Of a stretch of 61,296 bases of DNA, positions 29,284 through 38,111 are shown in pieces. Position numbers and translations under genes: made by a program. Origin of the DNA: Candidatus Thorarchaeota archaeon (GTDB taxonomy: Archaea > Asgardarchaeota > Thorarchaeia > Thorarchaeales > Thorarchaeaceae); contig JAGSHN010000028.1 in NCBI GenBank assembly GCA_029855935.1, forward strand, positions 1 to 61,296, written 5' to 3'. Each line of letters opens with the position of its first letter. Position 1 is the first letter of the stretch. The notes under the pieces are model-generated. The model was not told where the DNA came from. It worked only from the letters and a program-made list of their open reading frames with translations, and made no database searches.

Positions 29284-29493
29284 CCTCGTCGGCCCATGGT
29301 GGGCCCGAGCTGGTACAGCTCAGGCGGACGTTGGGCGAAGAGGGGATGCCCTCTGGTGGGAGCATCCCCGGGGATTATTGCTTCTGTTGGGACCGAATCT
29401 CGTAAGGAGATACTGTTCCTGTAATAGTATTACGTAGAAAGCCACTTAAGAACTTATGTCGACTGGTGTGGCGAGCGCAGCAGAGGCCGTTCG

Positions 29494-29874
29494 ATGAGCG
29501 ATGAGAAGATAAAGAGGCAGATGAGCGAGTCACAGATCTCTCTTCGTGAGGAGTTGATGGGGCGACTGTCGATAGAGGGCTTCGGGCTGAAGAAGCGCGA
29601 GATATCAGTCATGACCCGGATGAGCGCTGACATTGTGGAGATCATCGATGCGCTTGTTGAGCTGGAGATATTCCGCTCACGCTCTGAGGCTGTGGCTGCC
29701 TTTGTTGAGAAGGTGATCTCGGCGCGACGTCAGCTCTTCGAGCGGATACGAGAACAGGCCATCGAGATCCGCAGGAAGCGCGAGAAGGCCAAGATGCTGG
29801 CTATCCGTGCCATTCAGCAGTCTCAGCTGGAGGCTGGTGGAACCGATGGCGACAGCGCCATTGACGAAGAGTGA
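29494..29874 (+). CDS. Ribbon-helix-helix (CopG-like) regulator
   Basis: SVMTRMSADIVEIIDALVELEIFRSRSEAV. Confidence 0.7.
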   Translation: MSDEKIKRQMSESQISLREELMGRLSIEGFGLKKREISVMTRMSADIVEIIDALVELEIFRSRSEAVAAFVEKVISARRQLFERIREQAIEIRRKREKAKMLAIRAIQQSQLEAGGTDGDSAIDEE

Positions 29875-29944
29875 GTAGGCTCGTACGAGGATATGCACTA
29901 GTGATTTAAGGCGGGCATTCTGAGGGCCACAGCAGGTCATCGAA

Positions 29945-31114
29945 ATGTCGGCACACTTGAGCACTGTTCTCTGGACTGAAGAGGAGCTTGAGTTTAGAAG
30001 AGAGGTCCGAGAGTTCTGCGACCGAGAGATCGCTCCCGTTGCTGACGAGCTTGAGAAGGGCCCGTATCCGCGGGAGATGATTCGCAAGCTCGGCCGGGCG
30101 GGCTATATGGGCGTCCTCCACGAGAAGGAGGTTGGGGGAACGAAGCGGGGCGTGTCATACGAGATCATAGTTGCCGAGGAGATCTCGGCCACGAATGCAG
30201 GTCTCGACATGGCCCGAATGGCCTCTACTACGCTCTACGGAATGCCTGTCAGTAAGTTCGGCACACCCGAGCAGAAGAAGAAGTACCTTGAACCGATAGT
30301 CAAGGGTGACAAGATTGGGTGTATTGGCATCACCGAGCCCAATGTGGGCTCTGACACGGCCGGGATGCAGACGCGTGCGGAACGGGACGGCGACGAGTGG
30401 GTCATCAACGGTGAGAAGCGCTTCATAACAAACGGTAGTCAGGCGGACTATATGGTCTGCTTCGCCATAACGGACCCCACCGTTCACTCAAAGAAGGGGA
30501 TGAGCGCCTTCATCGTTGACACCAAGACCGACGGCTTCAGCGTTGTCAAAGACCACGATCTGATGGGAATGAAGTCAGCAAGAGTCTCGCACCTGAGGCT
30601 TGAGGATGTGCGGGTGAGACCAGGTCAGGTCCTCGGAGAGCCCGGGCAGGGGTTCCCAATACTGATGGACGAGCTCGACAGCGAGAGGACGGCAATTGCT
30701 GCAGAGGCAATCGGCTACGGTCGTACCCCCTATGAGATTGCAGTCAAGTACGCGAACGAGCGCGAGCAGTTCGGCCGCAAGATCCGGATGTTCGAGGGCG
30801 TCAGCTTCAAGATTGCTGACATGGCAATCAGGCTAGAGGCCGCTCGGGCGCTGACCCTGACGGCGGCAAGGATGCTAGACAGAGGTATGAAGGCAACAAA
30901 GCAGGCCTCGATTGCAAAGCTGTACGCCACAGAGGCGGCGATTCAGATCACCTATGACGCGCTGCAGATTCTCGGTGGCACTGGCTACACGACGGACTAT
31001 CCGATTGAGCGTTTCTATCGGGACGCGCGTCTGATGACGATAGGCGGAGGCACCGCGGAGATACTGCGTTTCCTGATTCAGCGTGAGGTCTACCGTGAGT
31101 TCTTCCCCAAGTGA
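29945..31114 (+). CDS. Acyl-CoA dehydrogenase
   Basis: ITEPNVGSD, INGEKRFITNG, REQFGR, ALQILGGTGY, ERFYRDAR, IGGGTAEI. Confidence 0.95.
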   Translation: MSAHLSTVLWTEEELEFRREVREFCDREIAPVADELEKGPYPREMIRKLGRAGYMGVLHEKEVGGTKRGVSYEIIVAEEISATNAGLDMARMASTTLYGMPVSKFGTPEQKKKYLEPIVKGDKIGCIGITEPNVGSDTAGMQTRAERDGDEWVINGEKRFITNGSQADYMVCFAITDPTVHSKKGMSAFIVDTKTDGFSVVKDHDLMGMKSARVSHLRLEDVRVRPGQVLGEPGQGFPILMDELDSERTAIAAEAIGYGRTPYEIAVKYANEREQFGRKIRMFEGVSFKIADMAIRLEAARALTLTAARMLDRGMKATKQASIAKLYATEAAIQITYDALQILGGTGYTTDYPIERFYRDARLMTIGGGTAEILRFLIQREVYREFFPK

Positions 31115-31265
31115 GTCCCCCTATAGTCTCTCGACGTTGAGCGTCTGGTCTGGGCGAGGTTGCAGCTCTGTCCCGCCCGACTGGCGTATCGTCGTCCTCC
31201 ACGGATGATGACAGAGATGCCAATGCTTATGACCAGCTGCGCGTATGGCACGGCGGTGCAACCGA

Positions 31266-31910
31266 ATGGTCAAACTAGAATATCTGATGGTCTACACCAA
31301 TGCCGGACTGCCCATCTACTCCAAGTGCTTTGGTAACTTCTGTAGGTCTGCTTTTGAGAATCCCGAGCTGCTCTCTGGGCTTCTCTCGGCCATCGAAAAG
31401 ATACCACCCACCATCATGGATGGTGCTGAGCTCAAGGGTATCAAGATGGCCTACACGTCCATGCGTTTTTCCAAGACACTTCCTGAAGGCCACACGGTTG
31501 TTGTCGGGTTGTCGGAGGACAGGCCGGACGTGGCAAAGAGGGTCTACGAAGCCGTAGACTCCCTTCTCAAGCAGCCGCGCTACCAGGGTGTGGACTGGGA
31601 AGTTGTGACCAGTGAGTTGGTCCACGACTTCACAAGGGATCTGACCCAGAACTATCTCGTCGACGCAATGCACAAGTTCGGTGCCTTTGCGGACGAGTGC
31701 CCGCTGGGCGATCAGTGTCCGATACACTCTGACCCCATAATTGGTCAGAAGCGTCGTATCTGGGATGTGATACGCGCGCGCTATGATGCGATGAAGAAGA
31801 TGATGCAGGAGAAGATGACGGCTGCCCCCAAGTCGGAGGAAGAGAAAGGACGATTCTGGGGCCGTCTCAGAACCAGACTCAGAACCATCTTTGGAGGCGG
31901 CGGGGACTGA
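31266..31910 (+). CDS. Longin-like domain protein with Cys motifs
   Basis: YLMVYTNAGLPIYS..ELLSGLLSAI pattern; CFGNFC and CPLGDQCPIH. Confidence 0.6.
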   Translation: MVKLEYLMVYTNAGLPIYSKCFGNFCRSAFENPELLSGLLSAIEKIPPTIMDGAELKGIKMAYTSMRFSKTLPEGHTVVVGLSEDRPDVAKRVYEAVDSLLKQPRYQGVDWEVVTSELVHDFTRDLTQNYLVDAMHKFGAFADECPLGDQCPIHSDPIIGQKRRIWDVIRARYDAMKKMMQEKMTAAPKSEEEKGRFWGRLRTRLRTIFGGGGD

Positions 31911-31978
31911 GCAGTAGATGGGGACAGAGAGTGGGCCAGTGACCTGACCCCCCTCCTGTCCTCTTGCCTATGCAGGTT

Positions 31979-33754
31979 TCAGATCTTGCTGAAGGCCACA
32001 ATACGGTATTCGCCGCCGACCTGTTCAATTGTGGCTATGAATCTGTCACCGGGCCTGACGGTCAGCAGCTCATACCAGTCCTCCAGAGGCATCCACTGCT
32101 TCGCACCTTCAATCCACTCGTAGGTGGAGTTGTCAGTACGAAGAACGATGTGTGTGTCACCACTGTCCACGTAGGATGTCACATTGAGCACAGTGGCCTC
32201 CAGCTGGAGCTCACCCTCGGCCTCCTGCTCGACTCCGAGGGCGTTCCGCACGGCCTGCACATAGGCCTCGCGGGCGTTGCGGACTAGGTCCTCACCAGTA
32301 CCCGTCGTCGACACTGCTCTGAGCGTGTCGATTCGGCCGTCGACGATACCTACTGCCTGGAGCCTTATGTCCGAGAGTACGTACTCATCGCTCTCCGAGT
32401 CATATGATGTCTGATACCAATAGATTGGGCAGTACCACGCTAGCCTTGAGTATGTGGAGTTTATTCGCACAGGGTAGATCAGAGGCATTGCACCCGTGTA
32501 GTCTCCACTCGTTGGCTTCGGCAGGTCCTTGATCACGGCGTTCACGGCCGCCTCGCCGCTCATCAGAGAGGAGTTGGACAAGTCGTAGTAGTATATGCGA
32601 TCTTTCGTCGCTCTTATGAATCCTGCAAGGGTGAGAGTTGTTGCGTCTGTGGGATGGACGGCGACGAGAGCCTCAATATGCCCGGTGTCGGGATTTATTA
32701 TGTATCGCGTGTCCTCGGTAATGGCGAGTCTGTCACGAGAGGCCTGTATCACCCAGAGGAAGCCGCTGGCAAACAGGTCGAAGCCGCCGTCTCTGCGATA
32801 ACCTCCCCACCTTGTTATCGACCTCTCAAGCCACTCCTCACTGTAGGCCTGAGTTATCCAGTCCGGTGTCTCCTCTAGTGTGGCGTACTCGCGAACCGTG
32901 CCATTGGCGCAGTAGACGATGGGTCCCATGGGGCGCTCTACATAGTCCATACCAATGCCAGTGCGGGTCTGGACGTAGACAAGGTTTCCAATCGGATCCC
33001 ACGTCGGATAGGCGTACTCGAAGGCCTTTGTCATGTCGTTGAGATAGTTGCCGAACTGAATGTTCTTGTCCCACCACAGGCCCTCGGCCATTGGGAGGTT
33101 GCCGACATCTGTTATCACCTCGACTTGGCTGGGATCATTGGCGTCGACGACAATGAGACCTTGCAGATAGTTCTCTGCAAGGATGTTCGTGGAGACCACC
33201 ACGCAGACCCAGACAAGTCGGCCGTTCCGCACCGTTATGTGGGCTGCGGCTATCTCCACATTCGACCCGATGGTGTTCATTATTCTTCTTGCCTGGAATG
33301 TGGCGAGTTCGCTTGTAACGAGCCTGACGTGCCCGTCGGGGATCGGATTCTTGAATAGCGGGCCCTCGGCAGCTACAATCATCTGATCGACATATTCGGC
33401 GTTGGACACATCGGACGTCCAAGCGACAATTCCCGCAAACGCGGGGATGGTGATCATCAGAACTATGCCTATACAGAGTATGGGCATGCCTCGGCCGCGT
33501 AGTTCCCCGTTCCTCTTTATCTCCGTGAGACCGGAGCCAAACATCAGCATAGCGTAGCTGGTGAACAGGGCCATCAGGGCCCAGGGTAGGGTCATGGTCA
33601 TGAATAGGCAGATGAATGCCCACGCCAAGAGTCCCCACACGAGTCGAGCGGGCAGCCATCGTATCATCGTTCGTGGCATGAACAGATCCCTCTGTGGTGG
33701 AATGGGTATGGCGTGGACCAAGAGCGTCAGCAGGAGGAAGAGCGACACGTTCAC
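31979..33754 (-). CDS. Hypothetical membrane protein with a large extracytoplasmic beta-rich domain
   Basis: About 4 N-terminal TM segments, then a soluble beta-rich region. Confidence 0.7.
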   Translation of the reverse strand: MNVSLFLLLTLLVHAIPIPPQRDLFMPRTMIRWLPARLVWGLLAWAFICLFMTMTLPWALMALFTSYAMLMFGSGLTEIKRNGELRGRGMPILCIGIVLMITIPAFAGIVAWTSDVSNAEYVDQMIVAAEGPLFKNPIPDGHVRLVTSELATFQARRIMNTIGSNVEIAAAHITVRNGRLVWVCVVVSTNILAENYLQGLIVVDANDPSQVEVITDVGNLPMAEGLWWDKNIQFGNYLNDMTKAFEYAYPTWDPIGNLVYVQTRTGIGMDYVERPMGPIVYCANGTVREYATLEETPDWITQAYSEEWLERSITRWGGYRRDGGFDLFASGFLWVIQASRDRLAITEDTRYIINPDTGHIEALVAVHPTDATTLTLAGFIRATKDRIYYYDLSNSSLMSGEAAVNAVIKDLPKPTSGDYTGAMPLIYPVRINSTYSRLAWYCPIYWYQTSYDSESDEYVLSDIRLQAVGIVDGRIDTLRAVSTTGTGEDLVRNAREAYVQAVRNALGVEQEAEGELQLEATVLNVTSYVDSGDTHIVLRTDNSTYEWIEGAKQWMPLEDWYELLTVRPGDRFIATIEQVGGEYRIVAFSKI

Positions 33755-33835
33755 ATCATATCACCTTTGGCCAGTAGAGTGAGTAGTCATAACGTCAGCA
33801 CTTAACACTTTGCCGTGTGCAACTCTCTCCGCGTA

Positions 33836-34354
33836 TCATTCCTGCTTCGATACTCTCTCAGTGGTTCTCATCTTGTACAGCGCCACGGCCCCTCCTGCCT
33901 CCAGCAGTCGCATCATTAGTGGTGGGACTGGCTCGCAGTGAAGAAGCACACCTCTCTCCTCAAGCCGCACCTCTCCTCTCGCCACATCAACGGTCACATT
34001 CTCGCCATCGTTGAACCTGGTATGAGCATCTCTCAATATCAGTGCTGGCAGACCGATATTGAAGGCATTGCGATAGAACAGCCTTGCAAACGACTCTGCT
34101 ATGACACATCCAATGCCCAGCACCTGGAGCACGCGCGGCGCCTCCTCGCGCGAAGAGCCGCCACCGAAGTTCCTCCCTGCCACGATGACATCGCCCGGTC
34201 GGATCTGCTCGGCCAGCCCGGGTCGTGGTATCTCCAGGGCGTGTCTTGCCATCTCCTCGTAGTCGAGGATTCGAAGATACTTTCCAGAGATGATCTGGTC
34301 TGTGTCGATGTAGTCGTCCACGACCCACGCACGACCCCTGATAGTCCGGCTCAT
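33836..34354 (-). CDS. leuD: Isopropylmalate isomerase/homoaconitase small subunit
   Basis: IDTDQII.GKYLR, NFGGGSSRE, SFARLFYRNAFNIG; ATGA overlap with leuC sets the start at 34354. Confidence 0.9.
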   Translation of the reverse strand: MSRTIRGRAWVVDDYIDTDQIISGKYLRILDYEEMARHALEIPRPGLAEQIRPGDVIVAGRNFGGGSSREEAPRVLQVLGIGCVIAESFARLFYRNAFNIGLPALILRDAHTRFNDGENVTVDVARGEVRLEERGVLLHCEPVPPLMMRLLEAGGAVALYKMRTTERVSKQE

Positions 34355-35625
34355 CGCGTCATCTCCTCCCGCGGGTCGGTTATCTCTCCACGGACGGCGC
34401 TTGCAGCGACTGTCGCCGGTGATGCGAGATAGATCTGTGCCTCGCGATGCCCCATCCGTCCCGGGAAGTTTCTGTTGGTCGACGAGATACAGACCTCGCC
34501 CTCTCCGAGGACACCAAGATGGCCGCCCACACAGGCGCCGCACGTCGAGTTCGTGACAATTGCCCCTGCCTCCATCAGGGTCTGGATTATGCCCTCCCGT
34601 AGGGCATTCATATACACCTCCCTGCTTGCGGGAGTGACTATCATTCTGGCACCTGGGTGCACCCTCTTTCCCCTCATCATCCTTGCGGCGATGCGTAGGT
34701 CCTCCAGCCTCCCGTTCGTGCAGGAACCGAGGAATGCCTGGTCAATCTTGATGCCCTCGAACTCTGAAACTGGTCTGCCACTGGCTGGACTCGGCGGTGC
34801 AGCCACATATGGTTCCAGTCCGATCGACTCGAGGTCGTAGTGAAGAGTATCGACATATTCCGCATCCCTGTCGGGAAGCACCTCGACACCAACATCTCCT
34901 TCCGCGCGGGACCTGACCCACTCTCTTGCAGCGTTGTTTGGTGTCATCAGCCCACTCTTGGCCCCGGCCTCGATGGCCATATTGCACATTGTGACCCTGC
35001 TCTCCACACTCATCCGCTCCACAGTCTCGCCGTGGAATTCGATTGACCTGTAGTTCGCGCCGTCGTTGCCCAGATCCGCGATGAGCCTCAGAATGAGGTC
35101 CTTGCTCATAAGTGGAGGTGAGAGCTCTCCCTCCACATCTATGCGGATGGTCTCTGGCACTCTCAGCCAAGTCTGACCCGTCGCGATTATGATTGCACAG
35201 TCGGTCGCCGCAAGGCCTGTTGAGAATGCTCCAAGGGCACCGTAGCTTGTTGAGTGAGAGTCAGAACCGATGACAAGGTCACCTGGCCGTATCAGTCCGC
35301 TCTCAAGAAGCACCTGATGACAGATGCCGCAGTCGACATCGCAGAAGTGGTCAATCCCGTATCGACGGACGAACTCTCGGTTACGTCTGTGAATCTCAGC
35401 ACTGCGCACGTCTGGTGCTGGCGCCCAGTGGTCGTTGACCACGAAGATCCTGCTCCTGTCCCAGACGTGATCAACTTCCATCTCATCGAGTACTGGCATT
35501 ATCCTTGCGCCTAGTACCTCGTGCACCATCAGCAGATCAACTGAGACCTCGACGGTGTCTCCGGCACTGGCCTCGCCCTCCTCAGTGTGGCTACCGATGA
35601 TCTTCTCGGCCATCGTCTTGCCCAT
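34351..35625 (-). CDS. leuC: Isopropylmalate isomerase/homoaconitase large subunit
   Basis: GICHQV, GSDSHS, GSCTNGR.EDL, CGACVG, STNRNFPGRMG, ASPATVAA. Confidence 0.92.
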   Translation of the reverse strand: MGKTMAEKIIGSHTEEGEASAGDTVEVSVDLLMVHEVLGARIMPVLDEMEVDHVWDRSRIFVVNDHWAPAPDVRSAEIHRRNREFVRRYGIDHFCDVDCGICHQVLLESGLIRPGDLVIGSDSHSTSYGALGAFSTGLAATDCAIIIATGQTWLRVPETIRIDVEGELSPPLMSKDLILRLIADLGNDGANYRSIEFHGETVERMSVESRVTMCNMAIEAGAKSGLMTPNNAAREWVRSRAEGDVGVEVLPDRDAEYVDTLHYDLESIGLEPYVAAPPSPASGRPVSEFEGIKIDQAFLGSCTNGRLEDLRIAARMMRGKRVHPGARMIVTPASREVYMNALREGIIQTLMEAGAIVTNSTCGACVGGHLGVLGEGEVCISSTNRNFPGRMGHREAQIYLASPATVAASAVRGEITDPREEMTR

Positions 35626-35634
35626 TGAGCCGTG

Positions 35635-36792
35635 TCACCTCTCTGCGGCTATTCTCTTTGCCTCCGCCGCGATGGTCTCCCCCATGGTATCGGTTGACGA
35701 GGGTGTCACCCCCGACCACTCTCCGACGCACAGGTCGTAGGTCCGTGTCCTGCCGCTCCTAAGAACAGATGCAACAGCATCTCGTATGACATCGCCGGCA
35801 AGAGAGCACCTCGGGTCATTATGCTCCTCCCCGAGCCAGTCCATCATCATCGCAGCAGCGAGGATCGACGCAATCGGGTCTGCGGACCTCTCTCCGTAGT
35901 GACTTGGTGCGGACCCGTGGACTGGTTCGAAGACCGCCTTGTGATCCCCAATGTTGCCTGCCGGGGCAACTCCGAGGCCACCCTGTATCGCAGCCCCGAG
36001 GTCCGTGATTATGTCACCAAAGGCGTTCGGTGCCACGACGACATCGAAGTCCTCGGGGCGTCGGACGCACCACTGAGTCCACGCATCGACGTAGGCATAG
36101 TCGGGTGTGATGTCAGCATAGTCTCCGGCGACCGTATCGAAGACGCTTCTGAAGAGCTGACATCCGGCGAGCAGATTGCTCTTGTCAACACAGGTCACTG
36201 TACGCAGCCCGTCAGATGGCCGACCATCTCTGCGTCTCGATATCTCGAACGCCCGTCTGATCACTCTCTCTGCGCCACGTGCAGTTATGACACGTACGTC
36301 AATAGCGGCCTCGGCCGAACCACCCCGTACCACAGTACCTCTCACAGGGGCATACAGTCCCTCCGTGTTCTCCCTCACTATCACCATATCAATATCGTTT
36401 GATGTCTTTCGTGCCAGGGGTGTTGGCACACCCTCGTACAGTCGCACAGGACGCACATTCGCGTACAGATCTAGGTCAAACCTCAACCCGATGACAACGT
36501 TGTAGCCGGCGAGGTTACCATCGGGCAGCCGCACTGGCTGGCCGTGCCCGTCGTTGGCACCAACGGCGCCTAGAAGTACGGCATCAGCTTCGCGTTTGAC
36601 GAACTCCTCGGTCTCTTCGTCCCATTCTCTTCCCGTCTTGAGATAGTGCTCTCCGCCTGCCTCGAACGTGTGAAAGTCGAGCTCCAGTCCGTCAATGTTC
36701 TCAAGGACTGCTCTCAAGACGCGGACGGCCTCGGGAATGACCTCTCTACCGATACCGTCGCCGGGCAGAACAGCGATACGGTACCCAGTCAT
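35635..36792 (-). CDS. leuB: Isocitrate/isopropylmalate-family beta-decarboxylating dehydrogenase
   Basis: [50 protein letters not shown]. Substrate uncertain. Confidence 0.8.
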   Translation of the reverse strand: MTGYRIAVLPGDGIGREVIPEAVRVLRAVLENIDGLELDFHTFEAGGEHYLKTGREWDEETEEFVKREADAVLLGAVGANDGHGQPVRLPDGNLAGYNVVIGLRFDLDLYANVRPVRLYEGVPTPLARKTSNDIDMVIVRENTEGLYAPVRGTVVRGGSAEAAIDVRVITARGAERVIRRAFEISRRRDGRPSDGLRTVTCVDKSNLLAGCQLFRSVFDTVAGDYADITPDYAYVDAWTQWCVRRPEDFDVVVAPNAFGDIITDLGAAIQGGLGVAPAGNIGDHKAVFEPVHGSAPSHYGERSADPIASILAAAMMMDWLGEEHNDPRCSLAGDVIRDAVASVLRSGRTRTYDLCVGEWSGVTPSSTDTMGETIAAEAKRIAAER

Positions 36793-36815
36793 TGAGGACC
36801 ACCACATCTCAGAAC

Positions 36816-37145
36816 TCAGTAGTTGCCGAGCCAGCCGAGGTCGTTGCCATGGTCATCCAAGATGTTGACCATCGTGTCCCAGCGCTTACCATCGACATAG
36901 CGGCTCTTGCATCTGATTGTGAACTCTCTGCCACACTTGGTGCATCTGACATACCAGTCCTCGACGACGGGCTCCAGTCCGTGACCAGTGATCTCCGGCG
37001 GGTCTCTCTCCACGCCTATCAGCTCTATCTCCTTTCCGTCACAGGCGTAGGTGCACTCCTTCAGGGGTAGGCCCTCCATTCCCCTTCTACCGAGGGGGAC
37101 GAAGACCTCGTCCGGTAGTTCGTCAAGGCTCCTCTCAGACACCAT
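36816..37145 (-). CDS. Small Zn-binding hypothetical protein
   Basis: CTYAC and CTKC pairs; ends 24 nt before the leuB start. Confidence 0.6.
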   Translation of the reverse strand: MVSERSLDELPDEVFVPLGRRGMEGLPLKECTYACDGKEIELIGVERDPPEITGHGLEPVVEDWYVRCTKCGREFTIRCKSRYVDGKRWDTMVNILDDHGNDLGWLGNY

Positions 37146-37210
37146 CTTTGACACCGCAACAACTGGGATACCGCTACGAATAAATGAATAGGTATGGTCC
37201 GTCCGCAATT

Positions 37211-38095
37211 ATGAGGCTCGTCACCTATAGTCGTGCGAACGCGACTTCAATAGGAGTACAGCTGGACAGTGGGGTGGTCGACATCCCCCGGGCGCTGACC
37301 CTCGCAGGCCAGAGTCAGACTCCTCCGTCCACGATGATTGATCTGCTTGGAGTGCGGGATGGCACCCAGATGGTCCAAGAGTCGCTCTCCCAGCTCGGGA
37401 AGGACGGCAGGCTGGCGGAGGTGACCATCTCTGCGGACGAGGCGCGGCTGCTCGCACCAATCCCCCGCCCTGGCAAGATACTTGCTCTTGGCCTAAACTA
37501 CCGAGATCATATTGAGGAGACTGGCAGAGAGGTGCCACGTGAGCCAGTCGTCTTTGTCAAGCTACCCACATCTGTCGTCGGTCCAGATGAGGATATACCG
37601 TTCCCCCCATTGACTCATCGACTTGACTGGGAGGTGGAGCTGGGTGTGGTGATTGGTGCCCCATGCAAGGACGTGTCTGCCTCAGAGGCACTCAACTACG
37701 TCGCAGGCTATACCGTGATAAACGACCTCAGCGCGCGGGATCTGCAGAAGAATGACGGGCAATGGGTCCGGGCCAAGGGGATGGACGGAATGTGTCCTAT
37801 GGGCCCAGTCATTGTCACAGCTCCAGAGCTCGGTGACGGGTCTGGTCTTCGGCTACTCACACGCGTAAACGGAGAGGTGAAGCAGGACTCCAACACTTCG
37901 GCGATGATTCTCGATGTCCCGCACATCATCGAGTTTCTCTCGGCGGCGTTCACCCTTGAGCCAGGTGATGTCATTGCCACAGGGACTCCCTCCGGAGTGG
38001 GCTTTGCCAGGGATCCGCCAGAGTACCTTCATCCGGGTGATGCAGTAGAGCTCCACATAGAGCGAATCGGCACTCTTCGCAATAGAATCGTGTGA
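37211..38095 (+). CDS. Fumarylacetoacetate hydrolase family protein
   Basis: GLNYRDH, DWEVELGVVIG, NDLSARD, AKG.D, GDVIATGTP.GVG. Confidence 0.93.
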   Translation: MRLVTYSRANATSIGVQLDSGVVDIPRALTLAGQSQTPPSTMIDLLGVRDGTQMVQESLSQLGKDGRLAEVTISADEARLLAPIPRPGKILALGLNYRDHIEETGREVPREPVVFVKLPTSVVGPDEDIPFPPLTHRLDWEVELGVVIGAPCKDVSASEALNYVAGYTVINDLSARDLQKNDGQWVRAKGMDGMCPMGPVIVTAPELGDGSGLRLLTRVNGEVKQDSNTSAMILDVPHIIEFLSAAFTLEPGDVIATGTPSGVGFARDPPEYLHPGDAVELHIERIGTLRNRIV

Positions 38096-38111
38096 CGGCC
38101 CATTTCCTGAC

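Noticed and set aside
34355-34543. N-terminal extension of leuD in the ORF track
   Set aside because: It overlaps leuC. The ATGA coupling at 34351-34354 gives the natural start.
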